Positions 36,006 to 50,047 of a DNA stretch of 64,000 nucleotides are shown in pieces. This DNA is from Tricharina praecox (taxonomy: Eukaryota): contig NW_026250406.1 of the NCBI RefSeq assembly GCF_024521635.1, positions 1,054,001 through 1,118,000 of the forward strand, read 5' to 3'. How positions within the stretch are numbered: position 1 is the first letter of the stretch; every line of letters begins with the position of its first letter. The notes beneath the pieces were generated by a model. That model was not told the origin of the DNA. It ran no database searches and was given only the letters and a program-made list of their open reading frames with translations. The translations under genes and the position numbers were made by a program.

Positions 36006-39000
36006 ATGGCTTCTCCACAACCTCCACAGCCGCAGCTGTCCGCCAAAGGATTACGTGCGGCCCAAAAGCGCGCCCAGCAACCACGGAGCCCTCTCCTGGC
36101 GATAGATTTCTTTTCAATCGCCTATCGCATCATACCGTGGACACGGGCTGTTCTCTATCTGGTTGCTGCAGCTGTAGGATCGTACGTCTCGCAGCTGTCG
36201 CTGGCGCCGGTATACGGCGAGATACCCTCGTCGCTCCACCACGACAAGATTGTCAGCGGTATGTTCTTTTCGGTCTGGCTTTTGAAAGGCCTTGTCAGGA
36301 AATTCCCGGTCAAGTTGTCGGCATTGATCCCAGTGCTGGTGTTGCACACCCCCGGAGTTCTGCACTTCATCTTTCGTTACTCAACCAAATGGGGCGCTAT
36401 CAACGGGCCGATCTACACTGAAGCGCTGACGTACTACCCGGTTCTATTCCTGAGTGTGTACGCTGCAGCTACGCTGATGGAGTTCAACAACATCGTCTTG
36501 GACGCTATTCCCGCCGGTATTTCTTACGCCATCTTTAGCATCGCGCGTAGCACCATTCCCGGTCTCCTGCAGAACCACATCGGATCTTCATGGGCACTGA
36601 CTCGGTGTGGGTTGCATCATGTCCTGGGAGGCCTGTACGCGGCCCTCTCGCCGAGTCTCCTGTTGGCGACAACTATCGCCGCTATCTTCCATTCGGCAAA
36701 CGATAATCCGATGTGCATTCTGACGCCGGCGTTAAACGAGACATTGGCGGCACACAACCATACCCTCATTGCTAGACACGAGAGCAACACGGGATACATC
36801 TCGGTCTTGGAGAACTTTCAGGTCGGATATCGAGTGCTGCGTTGTGATCACTCGCTGCTAGGAGGCGAGTGGCAGCGTCCACCGATCGGCTTTGAGCATA
36901 TGGACCACCCGAATTTCAAGGAGCCCATATATTCGATTTTTGTCATCATGGAGGCTGTCCGCCTGATCGAACCGGCACCAAAGAGTCCTAACCCGAAGGC
37001 ATTGGCGATGTAAGTCGCTCTAGCACTGGTCATGTTGGGTCACTCGGAACTTACATTTGCTGGCAGTGGTCTGGGAATCGGCACCTCGGCTGATGCGCTG
37101 ATCAAGCATGGCATTGAGACGGACATCGTTGAGCTGGACCCGATTGTCTATGAGTATGCCCTGGAGTACTTCGGGCTCGAGAAAAACCACACGGCGTATA
37201 TCGAGGACGCGGTTGGTTTTGTGAAGAGGGAAGCTGCCAAGAGTGAGGATCCGAAGAAGTACGACTACATCTTGCACGATGTCTTTACTGGAGGCGCCGT
37301 ACCTGCTAGTCTTTTCACATCGGAACTGTTCGAGGGTTTGAGTCAAATGCTGAACGATGATGGAGTTATCGCCATTGTGAGTTTCTATCTTCTGTTCCCA
37401 TTTCGTCTGCCTGTTTCTTGAATCCTCGCACTTACCTCTACCGATTGTCCCCGCTTAACTGCCGGGCGATGACGCTCCTTCTGTATGGTGATGGGGATTC
37501 GGTGAGACAAGAATCACTTGCATGCAGTTTTGATGCCCCATCTCGATTTCCCCGTCGCTCTCACCGACCTACAAAGCAAGATGTACTTTCTTGTACCTCG
37601 TATGTTTCAGGTCACAGTCACTCGAGGTCCCATTTTATTGCATAATGTGGCCATGCAAGGCGGCAAAATTGAGATGCTATGCATCGGACGTCGGACACTG
37701 CGCATGCTTTGATGTCTACATGGACTTAATCTATATCCTCGTCTCGATCATGAAATCCATGAACGGACATTATTTTTGCAAGAATCGCCACTGACCACGC
37801 GTCAACTACCGCAGAATTGGGCCGGCGACTTGAAATTACGGGCAGCGAGATCCATAATTGAGACGGTCCGAAAAGTGTTCCACAACTGCCGCGTGTTCCG
37901 CGAGGAAATGCCGAGCGAGGACATCAAAGAGGCAAAGATGGACTTCACAAACATGGTGAGTTTTCACAGCTTCTCCTTCTCTTCCGTATCTACGGTGGCG
38001 CATTTGTTCGTTTGTCGTTTTATTGTTCCCATGATTTGGATATATCGTTTTCTGCGGCACTGGCGATGTCGCACACACAAAGCACAATACGCAGATACCT
38101 GTCCATCTACCCCGCTACCACGCATTCCACATGTCAGCCAGTCCTCGACATCTGGTTCGGCATGTTCCAGATGCGGAACGAACGTCGACTATCATTTTCT
38201 CCACAAACCTGGACACCGACAGTATATCCCTCGTCTCCCTGGGTGGTAGTGGTGGTCAGGATAGTCCCTTCGTTATTGTATCTCTTCATTGGGATAATCG
38301 AGACCGGGAAGCCGTCGCCTCAGCACAGAGAAGTCAGATCAACGATCTCACTTCGCTCCCGAAACCCCGTATGAAGGGTCTCCAGTCATCTGGTCTCTGG
38401 AAGGAGGGGGATGTTCCTGTTGGTCGGTCAGACGACGGACCAGCTTTACGCGGATCTGCCAGCTGGAAGGAAGCACTCAATATGCGAGGCTGAGAAGCCG
38501 TGATATCCGGAGGATGATGATGTGGTGGAGGTGTGCATGCGTATGAGTGGGAAAGATCTGTCGGCAGGGTATCCAACCCTTGTAGGCGCATTTTGTGCTG
38601 CCGTATGGACGTCGGTGCGTCAAGCTTTCTGCAGCCCATTTGCTCTTCCCGCAGAAGCCGAATGCTTGTTCGTTCACCATGCATCACACCAACCTCTCCT
38701 CCCGCTGCTACCTTTTATTTTTCCGAGCAGTCATTCGTTGCTTTTCACGGACTGTACGCCCTGAAGGTTACCCGATGCTTCAATAATGCACTCCATATTT
38801 CTCGGCCAGAAAGCTTGTTCTCCGGACACTTATTTCGGGCACCCTCCTTTTATTATCTCTTTACTTTTTTCGTTGGAGTCTAGAAGTCGGACCTGTCCCT
38901 CCACCAATGGAGCCTGTGTATGGAGGATGGGAGGAGTGCGCGTTCCACGAAAGATCTACTTTGCACGAACCAATGTGGGAGATTTCCAGCGAGCTGACTA

Positions 39001-39286
39001 TGGATGGTTGTGGCAGGTGATGTTCTGTACCAAGTATACGGCACCATACGAATTTCGGGCGCCTGTGGAGTCCGACTTCCTAGGCTCGTATGCACGGCAA
39101 AGGTTCCTGTTCCCCAGGTACGAGATCAACCTCGAGAAATACTGGGCGGATATTGCGGACGATAGCTATGAGATCCTCACCGAGAGCAACATCGGCAAGC
39201 TCAATGCCTGGCAGAAGATATCCGCCGTCGGTCACTGGGGCGTCATCAGGACTGTTGTGCCGGATGTTGTTTGGGAGAACTATTAG
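36006..39286 (+). CDS. Membrane-fused spermidine-synthase-like / class I SAM-dependent transferase, about 574 aa; exons 36006-37009, 37067-37376, 37815-37955, 39017-39286
   Basis: N-terminal hydrophobic helices, then ESNTGYISVLE, YRVLRCDHSLLGGEW, KALAI|GLGIGT, IVELDPIV, IEDA, YDYILHDVFTGG, GVIAI|NWAGD, DFTNM|VMFCTK and GHW..IRTVVP..VWENY. Introns of 57, 438 and 1061 nt have GTAAGT/GTGAGT donors and CAG acceptors. Confidence 0.87.
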
Positions 39287-42200
39287 TGGTATGACTCGGA
39301 GACTTTTTGGGGTTTTGGTAGGTGGGTTTTGGTGGGCGGGTTTTGGATGGGGCTTTGGGTTGATGTGAAGATGGTACTCTAAATTGTATCTGGTTTGCTT
39401 GCTGTCCTGCTGTTCGAATAAGCATGTTCCTATCATCTATCTGATTTAATCAAAGTACACTTATACCCTCTACCACTTTGATATCTAGTCCAGTGCGAAT
39501 GAACAAAGAAAGTCACAATACCCAACCATCCCATCCCATCCCGTGACCCAACCCGGCCCCCGGGTCCTCCATTCATTTCTCGATCGAGTGATATTTACCC
39601 CAGACGACCGTAACGAATCACGGCGCGATCACTCATCACTCACACACACTGAGAGGAAGCAAACGGTTGCCATGCCATGCCCATGCCCATGCCCATGCCT
39701 TGCCTTCCTTCCTTCATGCACTCCACAATATGGTTTTCGGACGACGCTCGTCCGTGCCTGCCTGGTTTGCCAGCCGGCCCGCTCTGGGGTGCAGTAGGTA
39801 TGTATGTGGGCAGGTAGGGCACACCGAAAAGGCTTATCTCTACCTACTTACCTACCGTACTCACATACATACATACCTACCGGTACTCGCCTTCGTCTTG
39901 TCCTGTCGGATACGGAGAGTACTGCCGGTAATGGAGGTGGAGGTGAGATATATACGTACTGTACGTACATATGTACATACCTACCGGCAGACAGACAGGC
40001 AGCGACGTGGAGTGGAGCACTGGAGCCTTATTTTCCTCTTTCCTCTTTTCCCCCCGCAAGATCCCTACATACTCCGCGGGATCCTTATGTAGACGCGTAG
40101 ACCGAGATCTACATACATACCATCCCGTTTGCCGTCCACGACTCCAGGTGTAGTAGAGTTGAGTAGGTACTGTTCTCAAGCTTCTAGATCAACCAAATTT
40201 TTCTTTCGTTTCGTTTCGTTTGCTTCAGTGTACATACTTGGCGCTTCACCCACGAGAGTCCACCCAAGAGACGGACTCTGGAACTTTGGGCGGACCTTTC
40301 AAAAAACCCCAAAAAAAAACCAAAGAAAAGGCTTATTTCTCCATCCCGCTCTTCCGCTCTTCCGTCCTTCCGACATATAATTCCGGAGGAATTTTTCCTT
40401 TTTCTTCCTTTTTCGTTAAATGTAAGGGGCTATTTTTCTCTGGATTTTCCGCGGAAGGAGTGAAGGGCCTCGGATTTTCCTTTCCCCGAGCGAGCCCGCC
40501 GCACCCGTGCCGTCCGACATGAGTGTGGGATGTGGGATGTGGGTAGGCCGGCTCGCTGGGTGGTGGGTTGGTGGGTGAGAGTTCTCCCACCCACTTTCTC
40601 CGCTTCTCCGCTAGCTAGCCAGAGTATGTAGACTAACTACTGCGGGGCGACGGCGGCGTTGTGTGCTCGCTCGTGCTCGTGCTCGTGCTGGCGCTGGCGC
40701 TGGTGCGGCGCTGGTGCTGGCAAATTTTAGGTGGATGGATGGACGGACGGACCCGCCTGCCTGCCTGCGTGCCTGCCTGCTTCGCGCGCCGCAGATGTCA
40801 TCGCTCACGGACTCGCGTTGGAGTAATTTACAGACATATGTAAATACGGTACACTAGGTACAAACACTAGAGTAGAGGACACACTTAGCCGCCCGCCATT
40901 TCCTTCTGACCGGGCGTGCGCCGTCGAGTCGAGTATCTAGAGTAGAGCCGCGAGATTTGCTTGCTTGCTTGCTTGGGGAGGGGGGAAGGAAGCAATAGGG
41001 AAAGCACCCGAAAAGCTGACTCTGCGGCCCAGTTCGTGATGTTATGCCGCGGAGGTGGAGGTCGTGGAACCTTCATCATTTTGTATTGTACACCAGCCAG
41101 AACCATTCGTTCTGCCACCCTTTTCGTCGGTAACCATGGCGGTGGTGGTGGTGGCGAAAGAACGCTCTCGCCTCCCTTTCCTTTCCCTTCCTTTCCTTTC
41201 ACCCACCCGCAAGCCCAAGCCGAAGCGCAAGCGGGGAGTTGAAATATCGAATTAAATCCTGTTGCTATTATTTCTACAATTTCTATTTCGACAGGAATTT
41301 GAATTTGAATGAATTTCGAACCGATTCTCTCCGCCCTTACATGGCTGCTTGCAACCCGCGCCCCGAGGCGAAACGAATTTCTCCCCGCCACCACCACCAC
41401 CACCAGCCCACCCACCGCCCTTCGGTCCGGGGAAAATGCTCCTCAAAAAAGAAAGAAAACCAAGACCAAGAACCGTTAAGAGCGGCGGACGCGGGTTGGC
41501 CGTGGCCATTCATATTTTTGCCCACACACCCACGGCCACACACACATCCACGGCCACACAAGCAACTATCGTAACACACCCGTTTTTCTCCGAGTCGAGT
41601 GGCTAGGCGATCCTGTGCTTTGTGTAGGTAGTTATTTGTGTATTTGTGGGGTGTGTGGAGAGTAGAGCACGAGTGAGATCGCGTGTTGAGTGGGGGGGCA
41701 GCACCTCATCGCCGGGGGAGGGGGAATGATTATGCGCTCTCGCTCGCTCGCTTAGGAGGAGGAAGGTAATCCAGTTTCGCGATTGGCTAGGTATGTTCTT
41801 AGCTGTGGTGTCAGCGTCGATATCATATCAGCCATCGCTCACACTTATGCATCCACGTCCATCGGTAAAGGGCTGGTGGATCTGGATACTGCCAGTTTGG
41901 AATAGAGGCCCCTCTCGCTCTATCTACTCTAAGTAGAGCACTCTGCTGGACCCGTAGTTCAGTTAGATAATGCTATATCTATACGTCCGCAGGAGGGTAG
42001 GTACAGGCGTGCGTAGAGTACCTAGAGTACTCGACGTCCGCAGAAGTGATCCGGGGGCGACGGATGAATTATTTCGAACGGGAAAGTCATTACCACCAGC
42101 CGGCACTCTGGAGGTGGAGGGAAGGATCAAAGGTCTGGGGTTTTGCTGCGGATAGGTATCGATTGGGTGTATCTATTGTAGAGTAACTATCGTCCGACCG

Positions 42201-42639
42201 ACCGACGCCTCCATCGACGAATTGCATCCGATACGATAAGGGAGGTGAGGGGAAGTGGGAGTGGAGGCGAAAAGGAAAGTGGTAAAAAAAGAAGAAAAAG
42301 AAAACATGAAGGAAAGGGAAGGCAAGAAAAGGAATTAATCTCGAGACGAGAGAGTTGGAGGATCTTGAAGCACGAGAAGACGCAGAAGGATACGGCGGCA
42401 TAGAACTTTCGAAATTCTCTTCCTCGTCCTGTGCTGCTTCGACCTAATTAGTTGGCACCCCACACTTCTGCGATTCTCTGGGCGCCGAGCGCTGTCAACA
42501 TCTTGGTTCCTGCTGTTTGCTCATCGCCATGGACGGCCACAAGATCAGGCAGAAACCAATAAGCATGCAAGCAGGCAAATCAAGGGCAAGAATCCGGATC
42601 GGAACGTAGAGCAAGGGTTCTGGTGCCGCTGCAGAAAAG

Positions 42640-42670
<31 letters not shown>

Positions 42671-45600
42671 GAAAGCAAGATTTGCCCAAGGGCCCATCCC
42701 ATCCTTCGGACCGCGCCTATTGGGCTGGAGGCAAGTGAGTGCGTATGAAATGGGCGTGCAGAGATAGCCCGCAGCTGGCAGGCCGTCAGCATGACTGATG
42801 GGACTACGTGAGATGAACTCGCTGGTGTGGACCCCCCCACCACCGTCTGCATATGCCATGCAACTTGTATGCTCAAGCAGCCCTTTCACACGCGCCAGAG
42901 CCTCTCTCTCGTTCATGCACTGACCACACCCACAGGATATCATACCGGTAGTCTGTCGGCGACCTCCAAAAGCAGGCAGGGCATGGCGAAGAGGAGGCAA
43001 AAAAAAGGAAAGCAAATCTTGTCCGCGGATCCTATGGAAGCCAGAGAAGTGCTCCAGATCATCGGCCGGTGTCCCCGGTCGCCCTGCACGTGTAATCACG
43101 TCAATTCTTCCTCTCCTCTATGTATGGTCCGGGCTGCAATATTACTCCAATGCGACTGCGGGGTGCGCGATGGCCGTTTCCAAAGGGGCCGATGCGAGCC
43201 GGCGATACCGATGTTGCTTTGTTGCTCTGCTTTGCTTGTTCCTGTTCGACGTTGATAACGCAGCGCAGGCAAAGGCAAGCCCATATTTGTCTCAGACACG
43301 GCAGCAGTGAGCAGTGAGCACTGAGGCAGCAGCACTGAGGCAGCAGCACTCGGCGGTAGCAGTGGAGATGGAATGAGCTCGAGGCCGAGTGGTGCCCACA
43401 AGCAGGAGGCGGGCAAGCGAACGAAAGAGAGTGAGCGGAGGGATGCGCATGCCTTCTTAGACGGTTGTCTCCCCGGCCGGTCGTACAAATAATAGGTACT
43501 CTATTATGTACTTGGGAATCATAATGTGGGGAGGACGTGGATTTGCGGCAGCTGAGTATGCACGCAGAAAATCCTCACCCACCCACACCCACCGTGCCTA
43601 CTGCATGTGTCAAGTCAGCAGCCATCTCCGCATCTCCACAAGTAGTGCACCGACACACCGACACCACCACCCCCATAACAAACGATGCCTTCGTTTCTTC
43701 GCAGCGCAGCGTAGGCAACGCGCGGGTTGGCGATGATGGGGAAGGCCCGGGAAGGGAAGCTGCGGCAAACAAGCTTAGAACAATTCCCCATCACCGTAGA
43801 TGAGCTGGTCCGCACGTACATACACATACCATGCTGCATTCTCTCATGTGTGCGTGACGCCCGTGGGTGCATGCCTTCATGTAGGATGAACCGAAACAAC
43901 CCAAAGTCTGGCACGCCATCCATCATTGTCGGCTTTGTCGGTTTCGTGGGGCTTTAGAGTATCTAGAGTGCTCGAGTAACTGCCGGTATTCTTTGGTAGA
44001 TTGCGAGCAGGAAGAGACCATTCTGGACCTCACTGTAGGTCCCTTGGCGGCCTGGTTGTTGAGATTGATGGTTGAGAGGAAGATCTGCGGGTGGTGAGGT
44101 TCAACATAGAAGTCACAATGTCAATGGAATGGTTGCTGTGGAGGACTGTGGCGCATGACCAGTTAGTGGCGCATTGCGGTGGTTGAAATGAGGCTTGGCT
44201 CGAGGCTCGCAAGCCTTCGTCTCCGCCTTCCCACTCCTGCATTGCCGTCTTCCACAGACCTACATATCACCACAGCTCCCCCGCACCCGTCATCCTCTGC
44301 CCCTCACCTACTCCTCCTTCACCGGGGAACTTACACAACATTCAGGCCCACGACCGCAACATGGACGAAACCTCAAGGCATAAAGCGCGGAAGCTGCGAC
44401 GGAGAATGTGGTTTCAACGCAAGCACCATACCTACAGGAGGGCTCAGCATTTCGAGTCTGAACTCAAGGACCAGCTCTCGGAAGACTGACGCGTCTTACC
44501 GGAGGATCGCGACTCCCCGCAATGGACTGCCTAATTCTGCTCAAGATGCCATTATGTATTCGCCCATCGGAGCGCGCGCAACCACTCCGCGCAACCACCC
44601 CGCGGAACTGGTGACACGGACCAAACATGAACAAATAAATGAAGAGTCAGATTTGTTCGGTATGCTATGACGTCACATGCTGTACCTGCATAACCAGGCG
44701 ACATGGAGTGGTCGTCGAAAACCCGAGGATCCGAATTCAGTTTGTGAAAGGATACCCTCACAACAGTCATGGCCATGGCTGTCGTGATGTTTAGGGAGGA
44801 CAGAGGGTGACTTCACCTTCAAGGAACATGTCTTTACCTTAACGGACGCTGTCATCCAGAGAAACACGAAACGAAAACTGCCTTCGGAGACTCGGGATTC
44901 GGCAGACTGGGGGTCTATGTTGGTATAAAAATCGTACGAGGAAAAACGTGGTTACTCTACAAAAAGTGGCGACGACGACACAGGCACATTACAAACCGGC
45001 TCCGGGAGAGGGAGAGGGAGGCATCAAGGGACCCGTCGTCACAGCTCGGGACATCCCAGTATGCATACCGGAAAAACTTGGTTCATCTTCGATTTGGGTC
45101 CTGGATGATCGGCTCTTTGTCGAAAAAAGACTGGGAAGTTGCTGCGGATTGATCCGTCATACATAACCTGGCCATTTCTCACCGGATATTTTTGCACCGC
45201 AATGAGCCTGGAGCGTGGATACCTCTGACCTCCGACCTCTAGCTGGCCGGCCGGCCGTGCGGCTCTCAGATATTGCGGCGAGCTTGAATCGTGGGAAGGC
45301 CGGGGGTTGACGACCCTGATAGGACGACTTCCGTGCTGCCATCCTACCCAGGTACTACAGCGCAGGCCTGGGGAATACATGCACCTTTCGAGAGCAAATG
45401 CTTAGCAATCGCACGAGACTCGGTGCTCTTCTGGGTACACTTGGGAGAATTGACGCAGACGGCCTTTCCGATCGGACGCCGAACATAACCTACCCATGTA
45501 GCAAAAGGTTGGATTCTGGAACTGTTGCTCCTGCGCACGCCGCAGCGTCATACACAAAGTACGTAAAGTATAGCGCCCAGTTACTAAGCTCGAGTCCGCT

Positions 45601-47379
45601 GGACGGGACAACGACCCAATGGAGAATATGGTGACCTAAGCCTTGAACGCAGCCCGCCGGGTTTCAACCTATCGTGTACGGATCTGTCTCGCCAAACCGG
45701 CAAGGCGTTTTCCTTTTGCAGATCATTATTCGAACTGCGGGGGCTCCGTACGTATGGTTGCCACGTCTTTCGTCTTTCGGGCTTGTGCGGCTGCGGTGGA
45801 CCTTGGGACCGCGGAGCGTCGGTCACTACTCAGGTAGGTAGTACATACATACGGTACCATTTCTTCAGCTGTGTAGATAGTTCTATCTCAAGACACATTC
45901 CCACCGCCTTCAAAGCCAGCCTTCTCTACGGACCCTATGTATGTGTAAGACGTGTAAGATCTCAAAACCTCAGCCATTCGGGTGAACCATCTCATCACAC
46001 GTGCCGATCTAGCTGATGTAGCTTCCGTTGAAGGGGGGTCATCTGCCTGCCTCAGTGCCCCTCTCCCACTCTTCCCCCGCCCCGCCGCCGACGATGACGC
46101 CCGCCTACATAAGTACGGTATCTACTCGTGTGTTAGCATCCAATAGTTACAGCGATGTGAAGTGAGGTTCTACTGTGGTGGTTAGTTAGCCTCGTGCTTG
46201 TGCTGCCGTGTCAGTGTCGATGTCGGTGCTGTTCTCTAGCATAGGTTCTCTAGCTTATGTATGTAGCTTACCTAGGGCGAGGCGAGCTGAGGCGCGATAT
46301 GATACGATACGGTGTGATGGCGGAGGGGTGGTATCGTGATGCTTCCTCGCAGTATGCAGCCTACCTACATTCACACCTACATATGTAAGTGCGCATGGAT
46401 CTTTCCTTCCATCCGCGGGGAACGCATGCACAGTTCAGTACACACTGTTGACGATCCCTTGGGGCCCTTCGCTCCTCCACCACCTCCTCCTGCTCCTCGT
46501 CGTCCTCCTTCCGTCTTGGACTCTTGGTGATGCACGGGGTTTACTGCACGATGTCCCCACAGCAGCCGCAAGCAAGCAAGCAAGCCACGGGTCGGATCCG
46601 TTATGTAGGTATGTAGATAAACACCTCAACGCGCACCTCAAAGCCTCAAACGGGACCGCCGACGACCGGCGACCGGCCACAGCTACGGTCACGGCCACGG
46701 TGACGGTCACGCTCAGAGCTCCGTTCGTCGTCGCCATTCGCAGTTCGTTCGTCGCCGTTCGTCTCCGTTCGTTGGCCATTCGCCGCCACATTTACACACT
46801 GCGTATGTACTCGTGTATGTATGTAAGTATGCATCACGGTATGTGGGAAGAAATCCCGCACCACCGCACCACCGCACTGCACCGCGTGCGGACTTACACA
46901 CGCAGCTAGCATAGGGTAAGCATGTGGAGCATAGACATGTAGGCCGACCCGCGAACGCAGCCCGGGCCCAGTCCCAGCCCAGTCCCAGCCCGGGGCCAGT
47001 CCGGGGCCAGTCCGGGCCTGCATCTCGCTCATCGGGTTCCCACCTATCATACCTGTCATAGGAGATCGGGGGGCAGCGGGCGTATGCGGTGGTGACACTG
47101 GGGCAGCCCGGTTGTGTGTGTGTCGGGGGGGTGTTGGGGACGTGGGCAGGGCAGGGCAGATGCGCGAATGTAGACATGGACGGGCGGGCGAATGGATGGA
47201 GTGGAAGTATGAAGTATGTTTGTAGAGATGTTCGAAAGTCAATTGCGCCGCGAAGGTAGTTGCGTTTCCAGAGACCGCGACCGTGAGCGACGGCGACGTC
47301 ACCGCCGAAACGTTGAAAAGGTGGCCGAAAGTCTAATCTTGAATCTCGAATGTCGAATCCCAAGTCTCAAATCTCGAAA

Positions 47380-47490
47380 AGCTTGAAAAGCTTGAGCTTG
47401 AATTTGAGTTTGAACTTGGACCTGAATTTGGACCTGAACCTGAATTTGAGCTTGAACTTGAGCCTGAGCTTGAACCTGAGCCTGAGCCTG
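47380..47490. repeat. Degenerate hexamer repeat (TGAGCT/TGAACC/TGAGCC)
   Basis: Read directly; it is the source of the QAQVQ and KFKL pseudo-ORFs. Confidence 0.85.
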
Positions 47491-48259
47491 CGCGCGAGAC
47501 ATCCCCACCACCACCACCACCACCACTGAAGTAGAAGCAGAAGCACAAGCACAAGCCATCATCGGCCACCATCGAGCGACGAGACGAGACAAGTCCAGTC
47601 AGTGCAGCGAAGCGAGCAGCGCAAGATCGGCTCAACCCTCCGCCGCTACGATACTCCCCTCTACTCCCCTCTACTCTTGATGGTTATGTCGACACTGGTA
47701 CTTCTGTCGAATCCGCCCCCCTCCCCATAGCATGCCTGCACGGACCGACCGATCCCCCATCCCCTTGCCCGCCTCCATTCTTCCCCACGTAGATACTAGT
47801 TTGCAGTGCGGTGCAGTGGAAGTGCACGAGAAGCCCCACCGCCTCCTCCACCGCCCCAAGTGCAAGTGCCCAGCAACAACAGCAGCAACATCGAAAAGCA
47901 CAGCGAGCGAGCTGCGAAAACGAGCAAGTGATCACGTGCCCCGCCCCCATCCCACGCCCCCTCCGCCGCCGCCGCCGCCGCCGGCCAACCCGCAGCTCAG
48001 CTCAGCTTTCCCTCCACCATCACCAGCCCCCCTACCTCGCATGTAGGCCACCCAACAACCCAAACCGAACCCACCAGTTGAACCCACCAGTTGAACCCAC
48101 CAATCCACAAACCCACCAACCGAACCCACCAACCGCTTCGCACGACCCAGCTAGACAAACCCACCAGCCAGACCCACCAATCTAAAGGTACTTCCTGCGC
48201 GATGCCGCTTACCCGCCGGGCTGAGGGTGAGGGTGAGGGTGAGGGCTGAGGGCTGCAGC

Positions 48260-48357
48260 GGGCAGTGGGCAGTGGACAGTGGGCAGTGGGCAGTGGGCAG
48301 TGGGCAGTGGGCAGTGGGCAGTGGGCAGTGGGCAGTGGGCAGTGGGCAGTGGGCAGT
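48260..48357. repeat. Heptamer tandem repeat (GGGCAGT)x14
   Basis: 98 nt with one variant unit (GGACAGT). Confidence 0.95.
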
Positions 48358-50047
48358 CACCATTCACCGGTTACCAGTCAGCAATGGCGATTGGACATTG
48401 GGGAAGGAAAAAGGCTTATTCGCATTCGCGAAGCTGGGCTGCTGCTGTGGGGACTGGGGGACGGGGGACGGGGACGGGGACGGGGGATGGGAGACGGGGG
48501 TGGGCGAACCGAAGTACGGTTTTGCTTTTTTCTACCTTTTTTTGGAGGGGGATTGTGCTTCTAGACTTCAATACACGAGAACTGAGAATTTAGAACTGAG
48601 GACTGAGGAGTGAGAACTTCGAGAACTTTGAGGCTGCTGTCTGCTGCTGTGTATGATGTCGCAGTACTCTAGTAGACTGCGTAGACAGACAGGCAGTAGA
48701 CTGCGTAGACAGACAGGCAGTAGACTGCGTAGACAGACTGCGTAGACAGACAGGTAGACAGACAGCCAGGTAGCCAGATAGTAGGCTGCGTATGAAGGTT
48801 GGCGATGATGGCGAGCGCGCACGACACTACCTACACAAACAACACTACAATTACACTACAGCACTGCTTAAGCCCGCACTCATACAACAACATAAACGCT
48901 CTGATCACCTGGCTTGCATTTGCATTTGCATTGTCATTTGCATTGCATTGTGCGTTGGCTAGTACCCGCCCGTTCGCCGTGCGCCCTCATCACCGCGCTC
49001 ATCATGACCAGCCAGCAAACACTCTTCCTCTAGGTACTCTTCCTCTAGAGTCTACAACATAGAGTCTACAGCGGAATCATCAGCTTGATATGAAGTCTAT
49101 AGGTATGTAGCATAATATCGCATAGATTTGATTACCGAAACCCCCCCCCCTCCCCCCCCAACAGCAGCCAGCGATCGGTAGATGGTAGGAACATGGAGTA
49201 ATTAAATCGCCGTCATTCTCCAGCAGTTCAGATAGGTAACGTTCCGTTCCGAGATAGGTATTCTACCTACTCAACACAACACAACACAACAAATAGACAT
49301 CAATCGAAGAAATTAATCCAATTCCACGACAGCCAAACAGCCAAACAGACAGACAGAACAGAACAGACAGAAGAAGTTGCATACAACAACGAAGCTTTCT
49401 TTGTATTCCTGGTGATTCTCAGCATTCCCCACCACCAGTCCACCAGCCCCCAATCCCCAAACCCGTAGATATCCAATCCAATCCCAAATCCAGTAGTACT
49501 CTATACACCCTCCCACTTGCCCAGCCCACCCGTCTGCTGCGCGCCGTTTCATCGATTTCAATAGAAACAACGTAGTAAGGGAAAAGAAAAAAGAAAAAGA
49601 AGAAGAAAAAGAAGAAGAAAAGGAAAAAGACGACAATATTAACACATCGTACAAAAATTAAACGCAAAAGATAGAGCACCTCCTCCCCCTCCCACCCCCC
49701 CTAGCTTGATAACCCAAAAAAAAAACAATCCCTTCAAACACCTGGAACCGCACGAAAGAGAAAGGAAAAAAAAAAGGAAACCTCTTGGCCTACGAAATTT
49801 GCCAGTAAAGAAAGAAAAAGGAAAAAAACGGATACCCTAAGCGGATGGACGATCCCTCCTACCATCCACAAATATGCAGAGAAAATCAGTGCAATATAGA
49901 CAGCAACAAAAGTACAACACAACCTGCGCCAGTGAAATAGACACCCCGGACCCATAGAACAAAGCAAAAACACTGTACAGTAACGAAATTGTGAACGCAG
50001 AATCAAACAATTATTTTCATCGAAAGAAGAGGGTCGAGCCCGTCCAA

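Noticed and set aside
44030..45640. Complex sequence that may be a decayed gene or TE
   Set aside because: Short interrupted frames with no motif I can recognise. BLASTX would be needed.
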